Shown here one piece after another: positions 12,378 through 26,712 of a stretch of DNA of 64,000 nt (position 1 is its first letter; every line of letters begins with the position of its first letter). The stretch comes from Chrysomallon squamiferum (lineage: Eukaryota > Animalia > Mollusca): positions 15,252,001-15,316,000 of the forward strand of contig CM022673.1 of the NCBI GenBank assembly GCA_012295275.1. Reading direction: 5' to 3'. The notes beneath the pieces are model-generated. The model did not search any database, was not told the DNA's origin, and saw only the letters and a program-made list of their open reading frames with translations. The position numbers were made by a program, and so were the translations under genes.

Positions 12378-15108
12378 CTGAAAAGAAGAAGAAAAAGAAA
12401 TTAAACATCTTGGTAGGACTATCAAAATATTAGTGAGCACACTAAATAATGCCATGAACAAGGGGCCTGTATACTTACAGTGGAACTTTTGATTTCAATC
12501 ACGATACCAACCTTTGCCACTCACGGAGCATTACAAAAATATAACAAGCCAGCATGCAAAAAGTTCGAAGATGTTGTTTCTCCTTTTGTCGACGTGATAT
12601 TATGATTTACTTCGTTAATATGTATTAAAATATCAGTTTAGCTGCACCGTCCTGGTTTAGTTTTCGTTATCTCCCCATATTCAACGATATTGTTGTTTTG
12701 CGTATTACATCATATTTTACTTTTAGTGAACGATATATATATATTTGCTTTGCATTTGCTACATTATGCGTACAAGTAAATCATTTTACAAATTTTTTTA
12801 AAAATTATTGATAAAGCTAGCTAATAGGCTCCTGAAGTCGGTAAAACTGCTTAACAACTATATCACGGATTTTCTCCCATAAATACACGTTTCCACAGAA
12901 TATTTTCTTATGTTGTGCATCCAGTGCATCATAAAATATAAAATTTATGAAAAAAAAAGAAAATACACAAAAACGCCAGATAAAATTGATACTAAGCACA
13001 AACAAAATAAATATTCGTGAAACATTTATATTCTTACACGAACAAACTACACTGTCGTACTCATATTTCAATGCGTATCTTCTGAACTTAGCTTCAAATA
13101 ATTAAAACGTTTTAATATTTATAAATATATCTTAACATCTACCTGTTTCGTCTCGATATATAGTGTGTCATGTTTTCAGAATATCTCATTCATGTTTTGT
13201 CTGTGTTAGTGTATCTCACATCTGTTACCGAATTCAGCATAAAGCAGTATCTCGGCTGATGTTACATAGTGCGAAAAAGGGCAACAATCGCTCTGATACA
13301 TTCAGCCCTGCAGGCAAAACGTAGCAGAGCAAAATACATTACTGAACACACTCAATCGAAATCAGGAAGAGAATGTCCTGGGTCAACCTGATGTCTGATA
13401 TTATCAGTAAAGCAGAAAAAATGTCGTGGATCATCTTATAGTTTAATGTTTTCTATTTTAAAATGGAATTTTTGTTGTATATTAGCTACTCAGGTTTTAC
13501 ATCGAAATTGATAATTGAACGAAAGCTTAAATAACAAAACACGACAATATTAAGCGAGGCAAAACAAAGACAAAATACAGTTATTAAGTAATTAAGAGTC
13601 ACTAGTTTAGTTATTTTGGAAGACAATTTGCCATTCTAATATGAATGAAATGTACGAGTTACGCACTGCAACCTGAGAAATTTTAAATTGGATGAAATGG
13701 CGAAACCGGATTTCTGTGTTTTTCTATTACGAGATGCTGACATTAAAGATTTTGACAAAACAGAGAGAAAAAACTTCGTTAATGGGAAAATTGCGTAAAT
13801 GTAATAACACTTCCTTGTTTTCATTACTGTCATTAAGTGGATACAAGTCTTATATTACTACTCTTTTAAATATAGCCACTGAACAGCAGTCATTTCGATG
13901 TTGTCGACAGCAGTACAGTTAATCACTCAGACATAATTATGTTATCTAAAACAGACAGTGATAGTCATTCATGCATACAAACACCCTCCCCCATGTATAA
14001 ACACAGCCATATACTTTGTACGTGAGCGCAAGCATATACACATACATAATTATATAAAAATATATCAAATGCACGTACTTAGACTTCGAACGCAATCATA
14101 CACGTTCATAGAAACTCTCGTATAATACATATACACATACACAACGTATGCTTACATATGCGTGTATATATATCCTATCTACTTCCATACACAGAGTTTC
14201 ATAATGTACGTATTCACACACGTACATCACATTCATTAGGCCATTCATTCATCCATCAGTCTATCCATACATACATTCATACAACATACTCAATACATAC
14301 ATACATTTATACACACATCATATATACATAGATACGTACATACATACATTCATAAATACATACACACACATACATACATGCATATACACAAACATACATA
14401 AGCACATACCCACAAACATACATATTAAATATTTACAAATATGCACGCATTATATAGAAATCAATGCACACACAAATTGCTATAATGCATTTATACAATT
14501 TCCATAATGTTCACCAGCTTGAACTTATTCATAAAAGGATAGTCGTATTATCAAAAACATACATGTCTGGATCTTTGCAGAGTAAATCCATTTAGAAAAT
14601 TGTCGCTGAAAGAACATCTTTTTCAGCTCACAGGCTTTCATTAATTACTAGAAATATTACTCAGGAATACAATCTTATCTAGATACGTTCTGCATCGTGC
14701 CATCTTTCTAACCCTCTTATTTAAGTTTATCACGCAACACTCAGCATTCTTGAGTGCGTCGATACAATTTGTAAATAGCTTTCAGAATCTACAAATTTCC
14801 TCACTGTAATTCAGCTGTCATAAAGAATCGCATAACCCATTTGTTTGATTACAGGATGCAGAAAAGACCTGCGTCTTACAGTTCTATTAGGTTGATTGGT
14901 GCATGTTCTTGGTACGAAGTGTTTGAAATTAACACAAACAGGACCTTTACAAGAAATAAAATATTGTGTAAGTTTAGAATATCTTGGATTATTTTAAGAT
15001 CTGAAATACATTGTAAAGCTAGACTATCCTAGATCATATTAGGATCTGAAATATTGAGTAAGATATTGCGGATATTTTTTGCTATTACGAAAGAGAGAAT
15101 AGAGAGAC

Positions 15109-15235
<127 letters not shown>

Positions 15236-18200
15236 AAAGCAGTAAAACAATAAAAATATGAAAAATAATAATAATAATATATATATATATATATAAATCA
15301 ATGACGGATATAAATGTCTGGAAAACATTTAAAGAAATCTTTCCTTTTACATGAAATATTCACGATTAAACCCAGTCTGAGTGGCCTTAGGAAATATTAC
15401 ATTATCACAGAAAGTAATTCACCGAATTTCACAAAGACAAGTCAACGAGGATGAATATAGATCATAAGAGTCGGCGGCTAAACTTTTATTCGAAAGCAAT
15501 ATTAGGTTGACATGGTAGGAGTGAACAGATGGAAGCGAGATGCACTGGAAAGCCAGACGATGTAATAAAAGAAGTAAAAGGCGTTTGCTGTCTCTGGAGA
15601 ACTCTAAGGTTAAAAGTCATACAGCGACACTGATTAATTCTCACTGAAGACTTTATGTTCAGTATTTTTAAAGAAACTAATGAAATGGAAAGGAGAACCA
15701 AGGTTGTTCGGTATCTTAGTACATTGGGGAATTTTATAGGTTACGAAAGTTGAAAAGAATATAAATAATTATAAGTAATTATTTTATTTTTAGTATCCCA
15801 TTATGAATACGATATATGTAAAATGATTCTGAGAATTTTTGACTGTAAAGGATTTTATCAATACATACGCTATTATTTGTATACTAACATAGATATGCCG
15901 CATGTAAACGTGAATTTGTAATCATAGCATAAGTTAAGAACTGAAATAAGGATTCCATTAACAATATATCGTATTCATTCATGAAATCATTAATGAATAG
16001 ACAGAGAAGTGATTTTATTTGTAGCTTAATAAAACATGTCGAGTATTTGTATGCGGTTTTGTGTTTGCAGTGATTAATAAAATAAGAAGGCAATTAATTA
16101 TACAAGAGACCTTATTTTAGCGTTAAGCAAATATTTTGATTAATGATTTACTATCTTCTCAACCAGAATCATCAGCTTCTACTAAATGACTTTACGGGGA
16201 AATTCCAGTCTTTCTGTTGACCCTTTATATTATTATATTAGCCGTAGACACAGTTTACTTATATGAAAAAAGGAAAGAAAATCTACACGAAATCCGTTTT
16301 ATCAAATGCTCTTGCTGGAGAATATTTCTACAAACACAAAATCTGTTCTGTAATTCATAAGAGCTGTAAAACCTCGAGGGCGAATACATTACCTCCGTCT
16401 CTATCTATTACCTAGCTTTTGTTTATAGACAGACTATTGTAATTAAGCAAACCTTTAAGGTTCTTCCTCTATTCAAAATTGACGAAGATAATTTTTCAAT
16501 CACAAGTATGTTGACAGAGGTTTTCTAAGAATATAACACGATATTTTAGTACCATACAGTAAACGACTACACTTTTTATAAATCTGGGTTCAAGACTCTT
16601 GTTCTTTTGTGTTAAAGGTTCCTGTAATCAGAGAAAACTCTAAGCTTTTTTATAAGAGTTCCTGGTAAATGAAGATCTTTGGCAATCATAAAACAGGCAT
16701 CCTTTAATATAAAACTCGTTCAGGAAACAGTTGACATAAATAAGACACTAAGAGATTGAAAAATAGATTCAATCAAAAAACCATTTTGTCAGTCTGCATG
16801 TCAAAACGTCTCTTTTTTTTATGAGATTCTATTTGTAAAAGATGTCAGTAGTTTTTAATGATACATCCTTGCCTAAGGAACGTTCATTGTTGTATATGGA
16901 TTAAGGCAACACGCAAACATGCATTTAGTGTGCCAATTTCTCCGAACCGCGGGGTCTAATTGAAGGAATTTGTTTGCTTCTTCTAAATGAAATAAAAGAA
17001 CATCTATCGATTTCACATCCCTTAAAGTTCTGTTACTGACTTACAAATAAATACTGCGTTGTAAATTCTGAATAAATTTCTTTCCTTGAACAAAACCAAG
17101 TCAGTGGCCGTGGATGCTGTCATACCAAAATTAAGTCTTCTAGGTTAAGACTGGCATTTAATATGGTGAAATGACAACGTCGCTATTGTACTGTGTAAAA
17201 AGGAGAAGAAAACGAAAAGAAGAAAAAACGGAAAGGAATGTAAAAAGTCCTATCTCAGTTCCTGCGTGAACTTCTAAAATTCCGAGCTGATATTATAATT
17301 GCTAATGTAGTTTATAAAGTAATCATAAACATTTATACCATTAATACTTAGTGAAAAGATTTTCTTGTCGATTTCGAGACACAAAAGAAAAGCTAATTAA
17401 AGCCTTTACAATTTGAAAAATTTAATAAATAAATAAACAAATAAATAAATAAATAAATAATAATTAAAAAATCACAGAAAACGGAACTTGAAAATGTTCA
17501 CAGCTTATCTTCTAAACAGATGAACAGACAGAGAAACATTTGAAACCATTTCTTCATTTTCAGTTTTCCACACTTGCACCGTTGACTGCAGTTTAACTGA
17601 AACTGCCTCAGACTAGAAAATAAATTTAAAACCAACAGAAAGCTGATGAAGCAGATTTTCAATATTCAGTCTAAGTTTAAATAAATTATTTTAAAAGTCT
17701 CTAACTCTGAAGTATTTAACATGGAAATGGATAACTGTACTTAGGCAAAGATTCAATGCAGCCGGCAGCCTTGATGTTCTTTTGGCCCTTTGTAAACATC
17801 GATCTCTCTCTCTCGAGTTGAAACGATCAACATGCTGTCTATATAATATTTCATTAAAAAAGTTCACTGAGTTTATTTCTATAGCATGGCATGACCAAAT
17901 GAGATCGAATGTTGACCGTGTTGTCTGTGTCATGTTTCACTGAGAAATTTTACTCTATTTATTTTCCACATAAGGGTACGGGCGAATGTATTGAATTGAT
18001 TAAACTACAGTCCGTGTAATGTTTCATTATCAAAATCTGTTTTCAAAACAATGCCATGGTCGAATGAGTTCAAACGATTAACACACTGTCTGCCTCATAT
18101 CTTTCTGAAAAAGCGCCTCGCGTTTTATTTTTGTTAGAGTGATTTGAAAGACTGACAGAGAATTAATATACTGCGAACTAATGGTATCCAGACAAAACAA

Positions 18201-19647
18201 ACGAATCATATACATCGATATAATACCTATATAAATTATTTACACGCATATCGTTTTTGATCTGCTGAAATCGGGCTAAAATATAACATAAATAAATAAA
18301 ATGGTATAAATAATTAAATGACTGCGCTTTTTATCCCACCATACATATATACTGAAATAGATTAGAAAGCTACATATATGTATGTACCTACAAATAAAAA
18401 AAATGTATACGGACATATATAGAGAAACTTATATTCAAAGTCAAGGACACTACTCACATTTCTGCATAATGTACACATGAATCTTTAATAACTAACATTT
18501 TGAAAAGTGTTGATGTCTGAAATAAAACCTAGACGCCAATTTCAAGATAAAATATATAATAGTGGAACAACTGAAGTCATGAACAAATCAGTTTACTTTA
18601 TGCTTGTTTTTATGCTCAGAGACCAAATATTTTATATAGATTTTTTTTTTTTGCATTATGGTTATAAAAAAAGAAAAAAAAATAATATCACCATATCTTT
18701 ATCGCTCGAACCTTAATGTTTGCGAGTAAATAAATACCTTATAACGATATTGGCTTTAAGTAATCATGAAGGAAATGCATATTATTGATTTCAAATAAAT
18801 CATATACCTCCATTCAGGTTTGAGAGGGTTACATGAATGAAATTGTATTAACAAGATCAATTGTTCACAAGCGATCAAACCTAAGTTATGTGAAGAAAAC
18901 AATCAATAAAAAATTAAAAAAAAAAAATTGTTTGTTTTTAAATATTCTCTGTACAGTCAGTGCTGCCTGAAACCATCACTACATTCCACTTCTACTACTA
19001 ATTTGATGAAGACTTTTCTGTAAATAATAATGATGATGATAATAGTAATAATAATGATAATGACCAACTACAAGAAAAAAGTTGTAGTATTAGTAGTAGC
19101 TGTGGTAACAATAGAGCAGCTGTAGTAGTAGTTCTAATAATAATAAGAAGAAGAACACCAACAACAGCAACAACTAGAATATGATAACAATGAAAACGAA
19201 GAAGATAACAATGGAAAAGATGGCCATAATAAAAATTATGATAAAAATAATGTGAAGAAAGTGTTATTAGTAGAGACAGCGCATCGAACCAGGAAGTAAC
19301 TATAAGTCAGTGCAAGTGTTATAACGACTTTTAAATTTGTATTTTAGTACCCACGGGAATAGCGTGTGGGGAGGCTGTATTAAGATTGATTAGTGACCAC
19401 ACGTCTGGGGCAGGCAGATAACAGAGATTCTGAGACAGCTAAATGCATTTAAATGACACAATTATGAGTCTTATGCTTTAAAATGTAAGACAAAAAAAAA
19501 TGTATAAAGAAGCGATGGCTAGAATTGAGACAGAAATTTGGTTACATAAATGAAACATTAAACATAAAGAAAAGATGGAGAAGACGAATGAAAAAAAGAA
19601 AAAGAAAAATAAAGAAAACGAAAAAAAGGAGGACAGTGCAATAGAGG

Positions 19648-19669
19648 AATAATAATAATAATAATAATG

Positions 19670-19718
<49 letters not shown>

Positions 19719-19815
19719 TGAAGAAGAAAAAGAAAAAGAAGAAGAAGAAAAAGAAGAAGAAGAAGAAGAAGAAGAAGAAGAAGAAGAAGAAGAAGAAGAA
19801 GAAGAAGAAGAAGAA
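19648..19815. repeat. (AAT)n followed by (AAG)n
   Basis: Read directly; explains the poly-I/poly-K ORF. Confidence 0.96.
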
Positions 19816-20159
19816 AGAATCAGAAAGCAGAAAACCTGTTTTGATAAGATGTAGTAGATATGATGTTCACTGCATGTTCGGTCATATGTTTTATATTTAT
19901 TTTACATTTGGGAACGAATAAAGTTCCATCTGAGTATTCCGAACTGTATGTGTCTCTGCTCGTGAGAAGTGAAATGATTAGAAAACGCAGTGTAAGAAAA
20001 TTAATTTAACATCGCCTCAACATATTAACGGTTATTAGATTTCAAACTCGAGTGGTATAATGAAAACACTGAATGGTGAAATAAACTGCCGCTATTTCAT
20101 AAGATTAAAAAAATAATTTAAAAACACAGGGAAAAAAATATGAAAGAAAAACTCATAAT

Positions 20160-20270
20160 ATGGGCATTGTCTGTGTCTGGAAATAATTAAATTAGAACAT
20201 TACGGAGGATCGATGGTACGACCGACCTATCGTTGTCTCAAGTGGATGCTCTATCTATGAACCTTAACGC
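20160..20270 (-). mobile_element. Degenerate SINE-like head, same family
   Basis: GAGGATCGAT...GACCGACCTATCG...TCTCAAGTGGATGCTCTATC is a reverse-complemented tRNA-like head. Confidence 0.45.
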
Positions 20271-21954
20271 TGGATACAAAGATGTTGTAATCTTTGGTAC
20301 ATATATACTGGAAATGAACGCTTGGAAAAAACGGAATAACATTAATTTTCATTTGCTTCAGTGATTTTCTTTTAAGATTTATAATTTTACAAGTTGTTAG
20401 ACTAATGTGTAAAGTTCAAGCTATCCTCGCTTGACAAGTCGTATGAAAATCGTGATAAAAACATTAAAAATTAAAATTGCCAAGAGATATAGTTAAGTGT
20501 GAAAGATTGACTGAAATATATATACAAGTTTGTTTAAAATTGAAAGAAGAAAAATACATTTCCATGAGCACTAGAAAAGAAATGGTAGATAGAAAGAGCG
20601 AGTTAGAGAGAGATAGAGTGTGAAAAAGGGAGTAAAAAATAGAGAGTGATGATAGAGAGAAAGATAGGGAAAGGTACACAGAAAAGTTTGAAAAACAAAG
20701 GCTGAGATATATTTGTAAAGTTAATGACTGAATGAGAGGAATAATAGACAATGGATGGGAAAATACAAAGAAAGATAACTGATGAGAGAACGAAAAAGAA
20801 ACGAAGAGGCATAATCAGACAGAGACACAAAGTTGAGACAAATAAACTGAAATATTTGCGTATGCGTGTTGTGCAAACAACTCCCACTATATACACAAAT
20901 ATATAAAATTATATTAATTTTCATGTTTCCATGTTGCTGCAAATCACAATCATTATTCGTTACCGTTACTCGAGCTGTATATCAGCAAATCTATCTTGTA
21001 TAAACTACAAATTACAGGGGTCTATTTACGTTGAATATCTCTGTCCTGGTGCCGCTTGTGCAAATTAAGTCCTCATAAAATACTCCTGCTTGCACAAACA
21101 AACTGTTGATTCGAACGAAGCCGTTTACGTGATGTTTCGGCTTGGTCACGTACAGTGTGTAATGAAATCTCCATTCTCCGACAGCTATTGCTACGTAATT
21201 TGTCCTTGGATTTAGCCATAGAGTTCAAAGAAGATGGAAGTTTCATGATGGAACACAGATTTAAATTTAACTTTGAGCGCGAAGGAAAGGAAATCCATTC
21301 ATCAGACTCAGGAAAGAATCAATAGATCAAATAATGAACCAAGTATTTTTACATAAAACATATTTCAAAACTGTTCCGATATTTAGCCTTTAAAGTTTTC
21401 TTACTAAAAAAAAAAAAATTAATTAAAAAAAAGTAAAAAATAAAAATATTTCATTAAATAATACTTTTTCTTTAAAGTGTCCATGCTGCCAAATACGCAA
21501 GTAATTAATATCTTTTTTATTTTTGTTATTGAGATTCATACATGTAATTAAACTTATTATTATTTTCATACAAATAATTTCGAAATTTAATGAAAAATAT
21601 TAACTTAAATCTATGATAAATTCCAGATATAAATGCACAGTTGATTTCTGTATAGTAAGAATTTTATACATCACGTGTATTCGGTGTATATACATTAAGA
21701 ATATACGTAGAATTTTACATATTTATCTTTGTCTTTACTTCTGGAATTATCAAAACTAATAATAAAATCAGAATGAACCTGTATTTTTTATCTGCTAAAA
21801 CATCTGTCAAAACATCCGTTAGGTAAAGTTATTTGTAATCTATATTTGACAAAAGAAAATCTTTTGTACAACATGAGGTAATTCGTCTCGCTCGAGTCCT
21901 ATCACGATCTGAACGAGAAAATGATTACTAACCAAACAATACTTATTTAATTTG

Positions 21955-22358
21955 TGTGTATGTGTGCAAATTTCATGTACTAGTGAAATGTGTGTCAATA
22001 AACATATGTGTATGTGTTTGTATGTGTGTTAGCGCACATATACGTACGTATTTATGTGCGTGCTTCTCTGTTTATCCATCGATCCATCCAACTATCTGTA
22101 TGTATGTGTATGTGTATGTATGTATGTATATATGTATGTATGTATGTATATGTGAGCGTATCTGTGTATATGTATGTATCAATGGGTTTAATTGATTGTT
22201 TGTGAGGATATACATATGCATGTACGAGTAAACGGGTTTCTTTGTATCTGCGTGGATGTATGTATTTATATGAATATACTTTTCTGTATGTACGTCTGTA
22301 TGTAGGTATGCAAACACACATGTATGGAGAATGTAGGCAACATGCATTCATATATGTA

Positions 22359-22389
<31 letters not shown>

Positions 22390-22445
22390 TTGTGTGTATG
22401 AAAGTGGGTGGGTATGGGTGGGTGAGTGGGTGGTATTTATGTATG
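21955..22445. repeat. Degenerate (TATG)n/(TG)n tract
   Basis: Read directly. Confidence 0.85.
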
Positions 22446-23143
22446 ATTATACACTTGTACAAGAGTATACAGCTATACTGTGAGTGGGAACGTAACAAAA
22501 ATGAAAAAAATAGACCACTACTATGTATTAAATTAACATACATGCTATAATCACAATAATTTACCTTGTTCACTTTCAGTTTGTCGTAGATTTAAACGAA
22601 ATTGCAGCGGATCCATATGAAAATATCTTTACGTCTTCAATCGGAAAATCATAATTCTGGATTCCTATTATCCAGTAAACATTTTAATTGTGCGGGAAGC
22701 ATGGTAATTAGCCACTGCACACTTTAATCACTCTGTAAACAGTTTAATTATCCGGTGAAGTTTAAATTATCCATGTTGCAGTTTCGAAACCATTAATCAC
22801 CAATGCTAGGAAATCAACCACATGTTACAGGAATTTTGAATGCACAGGCGTCTGCAAATAGCCAATGGGAATGTTTCCTTTTGTGAATACCTCTAGAGTT
22901 GATTATTATGATGTAACAGTGTTTTGAAGATACGTCGAAGAGATTTCTCGACTTCGCCAGCCTTTTCACAATGCAAACATCTGTCTTTACTACACGGCTG
23001 TTGTTCACAATTCACTACACGCTCGACATATGGATTATTATTTCTTTATGACTCACAGAAATAATGTTACGGAAGATATAAAATCTAATACTCTGACTTT
23101 AATTTAATACACCTCTACTGCAGTTTCTTTCAATAGCTGTTAA

Positions 23144-23246
<103 letters not shown>

Positions 23247-23971
23247 CTTTATTTGTATATATCTTTTTTATCTCCCACATTATTTCAGTCATTCCGTGTT
23301 TCTCGCCTTTTTTCTATCTCTTTTTGACTCTCGGCTTATTGCTATATCTCCGCACCATTTCTTTCTTCGCTAATGTTTTTCCTGCATGGATTTTGGCTGC
23401 GAATATCTATAGTACCTTATCGTCAGCGCGTAAACTGGTGTATTTTCAGAAGTGTTAATATTTAATGGAAACTGAACCTCAGCTCAGAAGTAACGGCGGA
23501 TCGACTAACTGCAGAAGACAGTTCGTTTTCGAAACAACTCAGCTGAGACTCCATAATTATTATGAATAACTGTGATCTCTCTTTTCCTTATTTCTCTCAC
23601 CCTTCGAGTCATATGAACATTTGGTCCGTAGGGGATGAAAGGTATAATATCTAAAAAGACAAACAGAATCCGATTTTCAAACCGGACATCCCAAATGTAA
23701 TTACGTTTATTCGTGAATGAGAAATGCTAATAACGTACTACGACGTATTCGGCTGTTTTGTTTACTCTTTTACAGAATAAAGTAGTTACAGCTAGTTGTG
23801 CCGATCTGAAAAGGTTAAGATAAAAATGAATGAATGTAGCGCAACAACACATCTATAAACTTTTTTTTTTTTTTTTTTGCATTGATCGTCTGCTTCAAGA
23901 TAAACAGGAAGCGGCTGCGAGATACCTACAGACATAAATATTCAGCTATACAGTTGTTTTTTTTGTTATTG

Positions 23972-24009
<38 letters not shown>

Positions 24010-24358
24010 TTTATATATATTTTTTTTATGCTTCTTGGTTGTTTAACAGATTGCTGTGAGACAGACTGAATCGACGATACGTAACACAATACAAACTGCT
24101 CTTACGTGTGGCTTCTTACAGTTGCTTACACCAAGACACGTGGTGTACAAAAGCAGCCACATACAAAGTACTGAAATTCCTTTGCTGAGCAGCAGGCATT
24201 GTAACTGTTAAGGCAATATATGCTTGAAAGTGAAAGAAAACTAATTTTAGAGATCTTTGTAAATAAAATTCTACTGTAGTTCGTTTATAGAACAGAAACA
24301 TAGATTTGTTCACCAAATATATATAGATACATATATTGTTAGGGTATGATCACTATCT

Positions 24359-24492
<134 letters not shown>

Positions 24493-26353
24493 ATTTGTAA
24501 AATTCTGGTTACATATTCAAAATAGGGATGTAATGTCATTCAATGATCATTGATTTTATTTCTTCCAACTAACGCATAACTTTTCTTGTGTAGCCACTGA
24601 TGTAATTTCGTGTGTATGGCAATCATTACTGCGAATATTAGTTTATTCATTATATGTCACAAAACTGCACTTGTAAAGCTTTGGAATTAATAAGATGGAA
24701 CCATTAGCCATGCTTTATTTATTTCTTTGATTTAAATGGCTGCAATTGCCTTCTTTTGTAAATACCAAAGGTTATCACAACTACTTCAGATAAAACAATA
24801 CACCAGCGCATCTTTTATCGACAATTGGTTTAATCTTCTTGACATTTCAACTGACTTTCCACATTCTAAAATAAGAGATAAAGCAATACTGCGACGTGTC
24901 TTTCATCTAAATCTGCTTTAATTTTCGCGATAGTTTAAGTCTCGCGTTGCATAAATGGCAATTCATTTTCTCTTTGCTTGGCTGACAAACACTAAAGGTA
25001 TGAAGTCAGTTGAATTACCGCTATATCGGATTTTATTTTTCACCGGTGACGAATCAAAGTGGACATGAAAAGGGTTCATCTGAAATGGTGATTTACAAAA
25101 GAAGACTTGTGGTCGTGACTTAATTACAGACGACTGATATTAAAATGACAAAAACATGTGATCGAATGTAGACTAGAATAGACTGTCTGGAACCATAGGC
25201 ACAGCTTTCCAACAACCGCTTTCAGTGTTTAATAAGTTCAGAATCCTTTGTTAAAGAAGCAATGTTTTCGTACGTCGATATTTTCTTTGAGGTGCTTTCA
25301 TATTGTCATCTTTTCATTCGTTTGTGAGCTACTTTATTCTTTAAGGTTACTTTCTTCTTCTTTTTTTTTTCGGAATTTCTTTCACCTTTGAAGACATTTC
25401 TTTTTCTCAGTATACTAGTATTTATTCGTTTCTCTTCTTATTACATTATTTGTGTTTCGTTTCTTTTTTCTTTTTTGTCTTTCTTTCTTTCTCTCTTTCT
25501 ATCTTTCTCGTTTTCTATACCTGAGAGATTTGTTTCCTTTCTTCTCTTTTTTAATTTTTTTTTAAATTTTATAAAGATTTTTATCTTATTTTCTACTTAT
25601 ATTCAGAGATTATGTTGTCATTACTTCTCATCTGTCATGTTTCTTTCTTCTTTTTTTTCAGGATGACCTTGTTCTTTGTCATAGATTCAGATGACCTGAC
25701 TATAAATATTACTTAATCTGTAAAGCAGACTAATTCTTAATGACTGAAAGTAATTTAATAAATAAGATTGACACATCGTGATTTAAAGCTCCACCAGTGA
25801 AAATTTTAAAAGTCTAACCATAGATATGTTCAAATTAGATAATGTTATTGTATTCAAACTAGTGCATGGAATTATATATATAAACAAATGTCAGAAATAA
25901 GTCTCTCAGAGGCACAGAGCATACAGTTCTTATAATGTACACAAATTTTCTACTGAAACAACAGTTTTAATCATTTCAACAGAGATGTATTCATCTCTAC
26001 TAAGACACCTGCCAATTATTTTCAGTAAATAAGATATCTTCCGGATCACAGTGTTACGAGTCATCCAAATGACAGCGCCGCCTTGTGTGAACGTTACTGA
26101 GATATTTCACTTCACAAATGTCAGACACTGCGCTTAATTAATGACAAAAGTGTCTGCTACGAAAAACGGGTGTAATGACACTACACACTGTTTAATTATT
26201 AATATTGTCTGAAATGTGATATATATAGAGACAGATAATTCGAGTAACGACTTGGATACGTCTGAAAAGCTGATATAAAATTGTATTAACCTGATAGCAC
26301 TGGTTTTACTCTCTTCCTCTCTGTCATTCACAGTTTTTCCGCCTGACTGATAG

Positions 26354-26712
26354 TATATATATATATATATGTCCAGCTATCCATCTTTCTATCTTTCTGT
26401 GTCTATTTTTCTATCTGTCTATATATCTATCTAAGTATCTGTCCATCTGTTTGTCTATCTATTTGTCTTTATGTCTATTTATTTATCTATCTATCTTTCA
26501 CTATACCTACCTACCTATCTACCTACCTACCTATCAGTCTACCTATCTACCTGCGGATCCGTCCATCCATCCATCCATCAATCCATCAATTCATCTAGCC
26601 ATTTAACTGTCTATCTATCTCACTGTCTGTGTGTCTGTCCGTTTGTCTATGTATTTATGTACCTATGTAAGTTTTATCTATCTGTCTATCTATGTACGTA
26701 TCTATACATCTA
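26354..26712. repeat. Degenerate (CTAT/CTAC/CCAT)n tetranucleotide tract
   Basis: Read directly. Confidence 0.85.
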
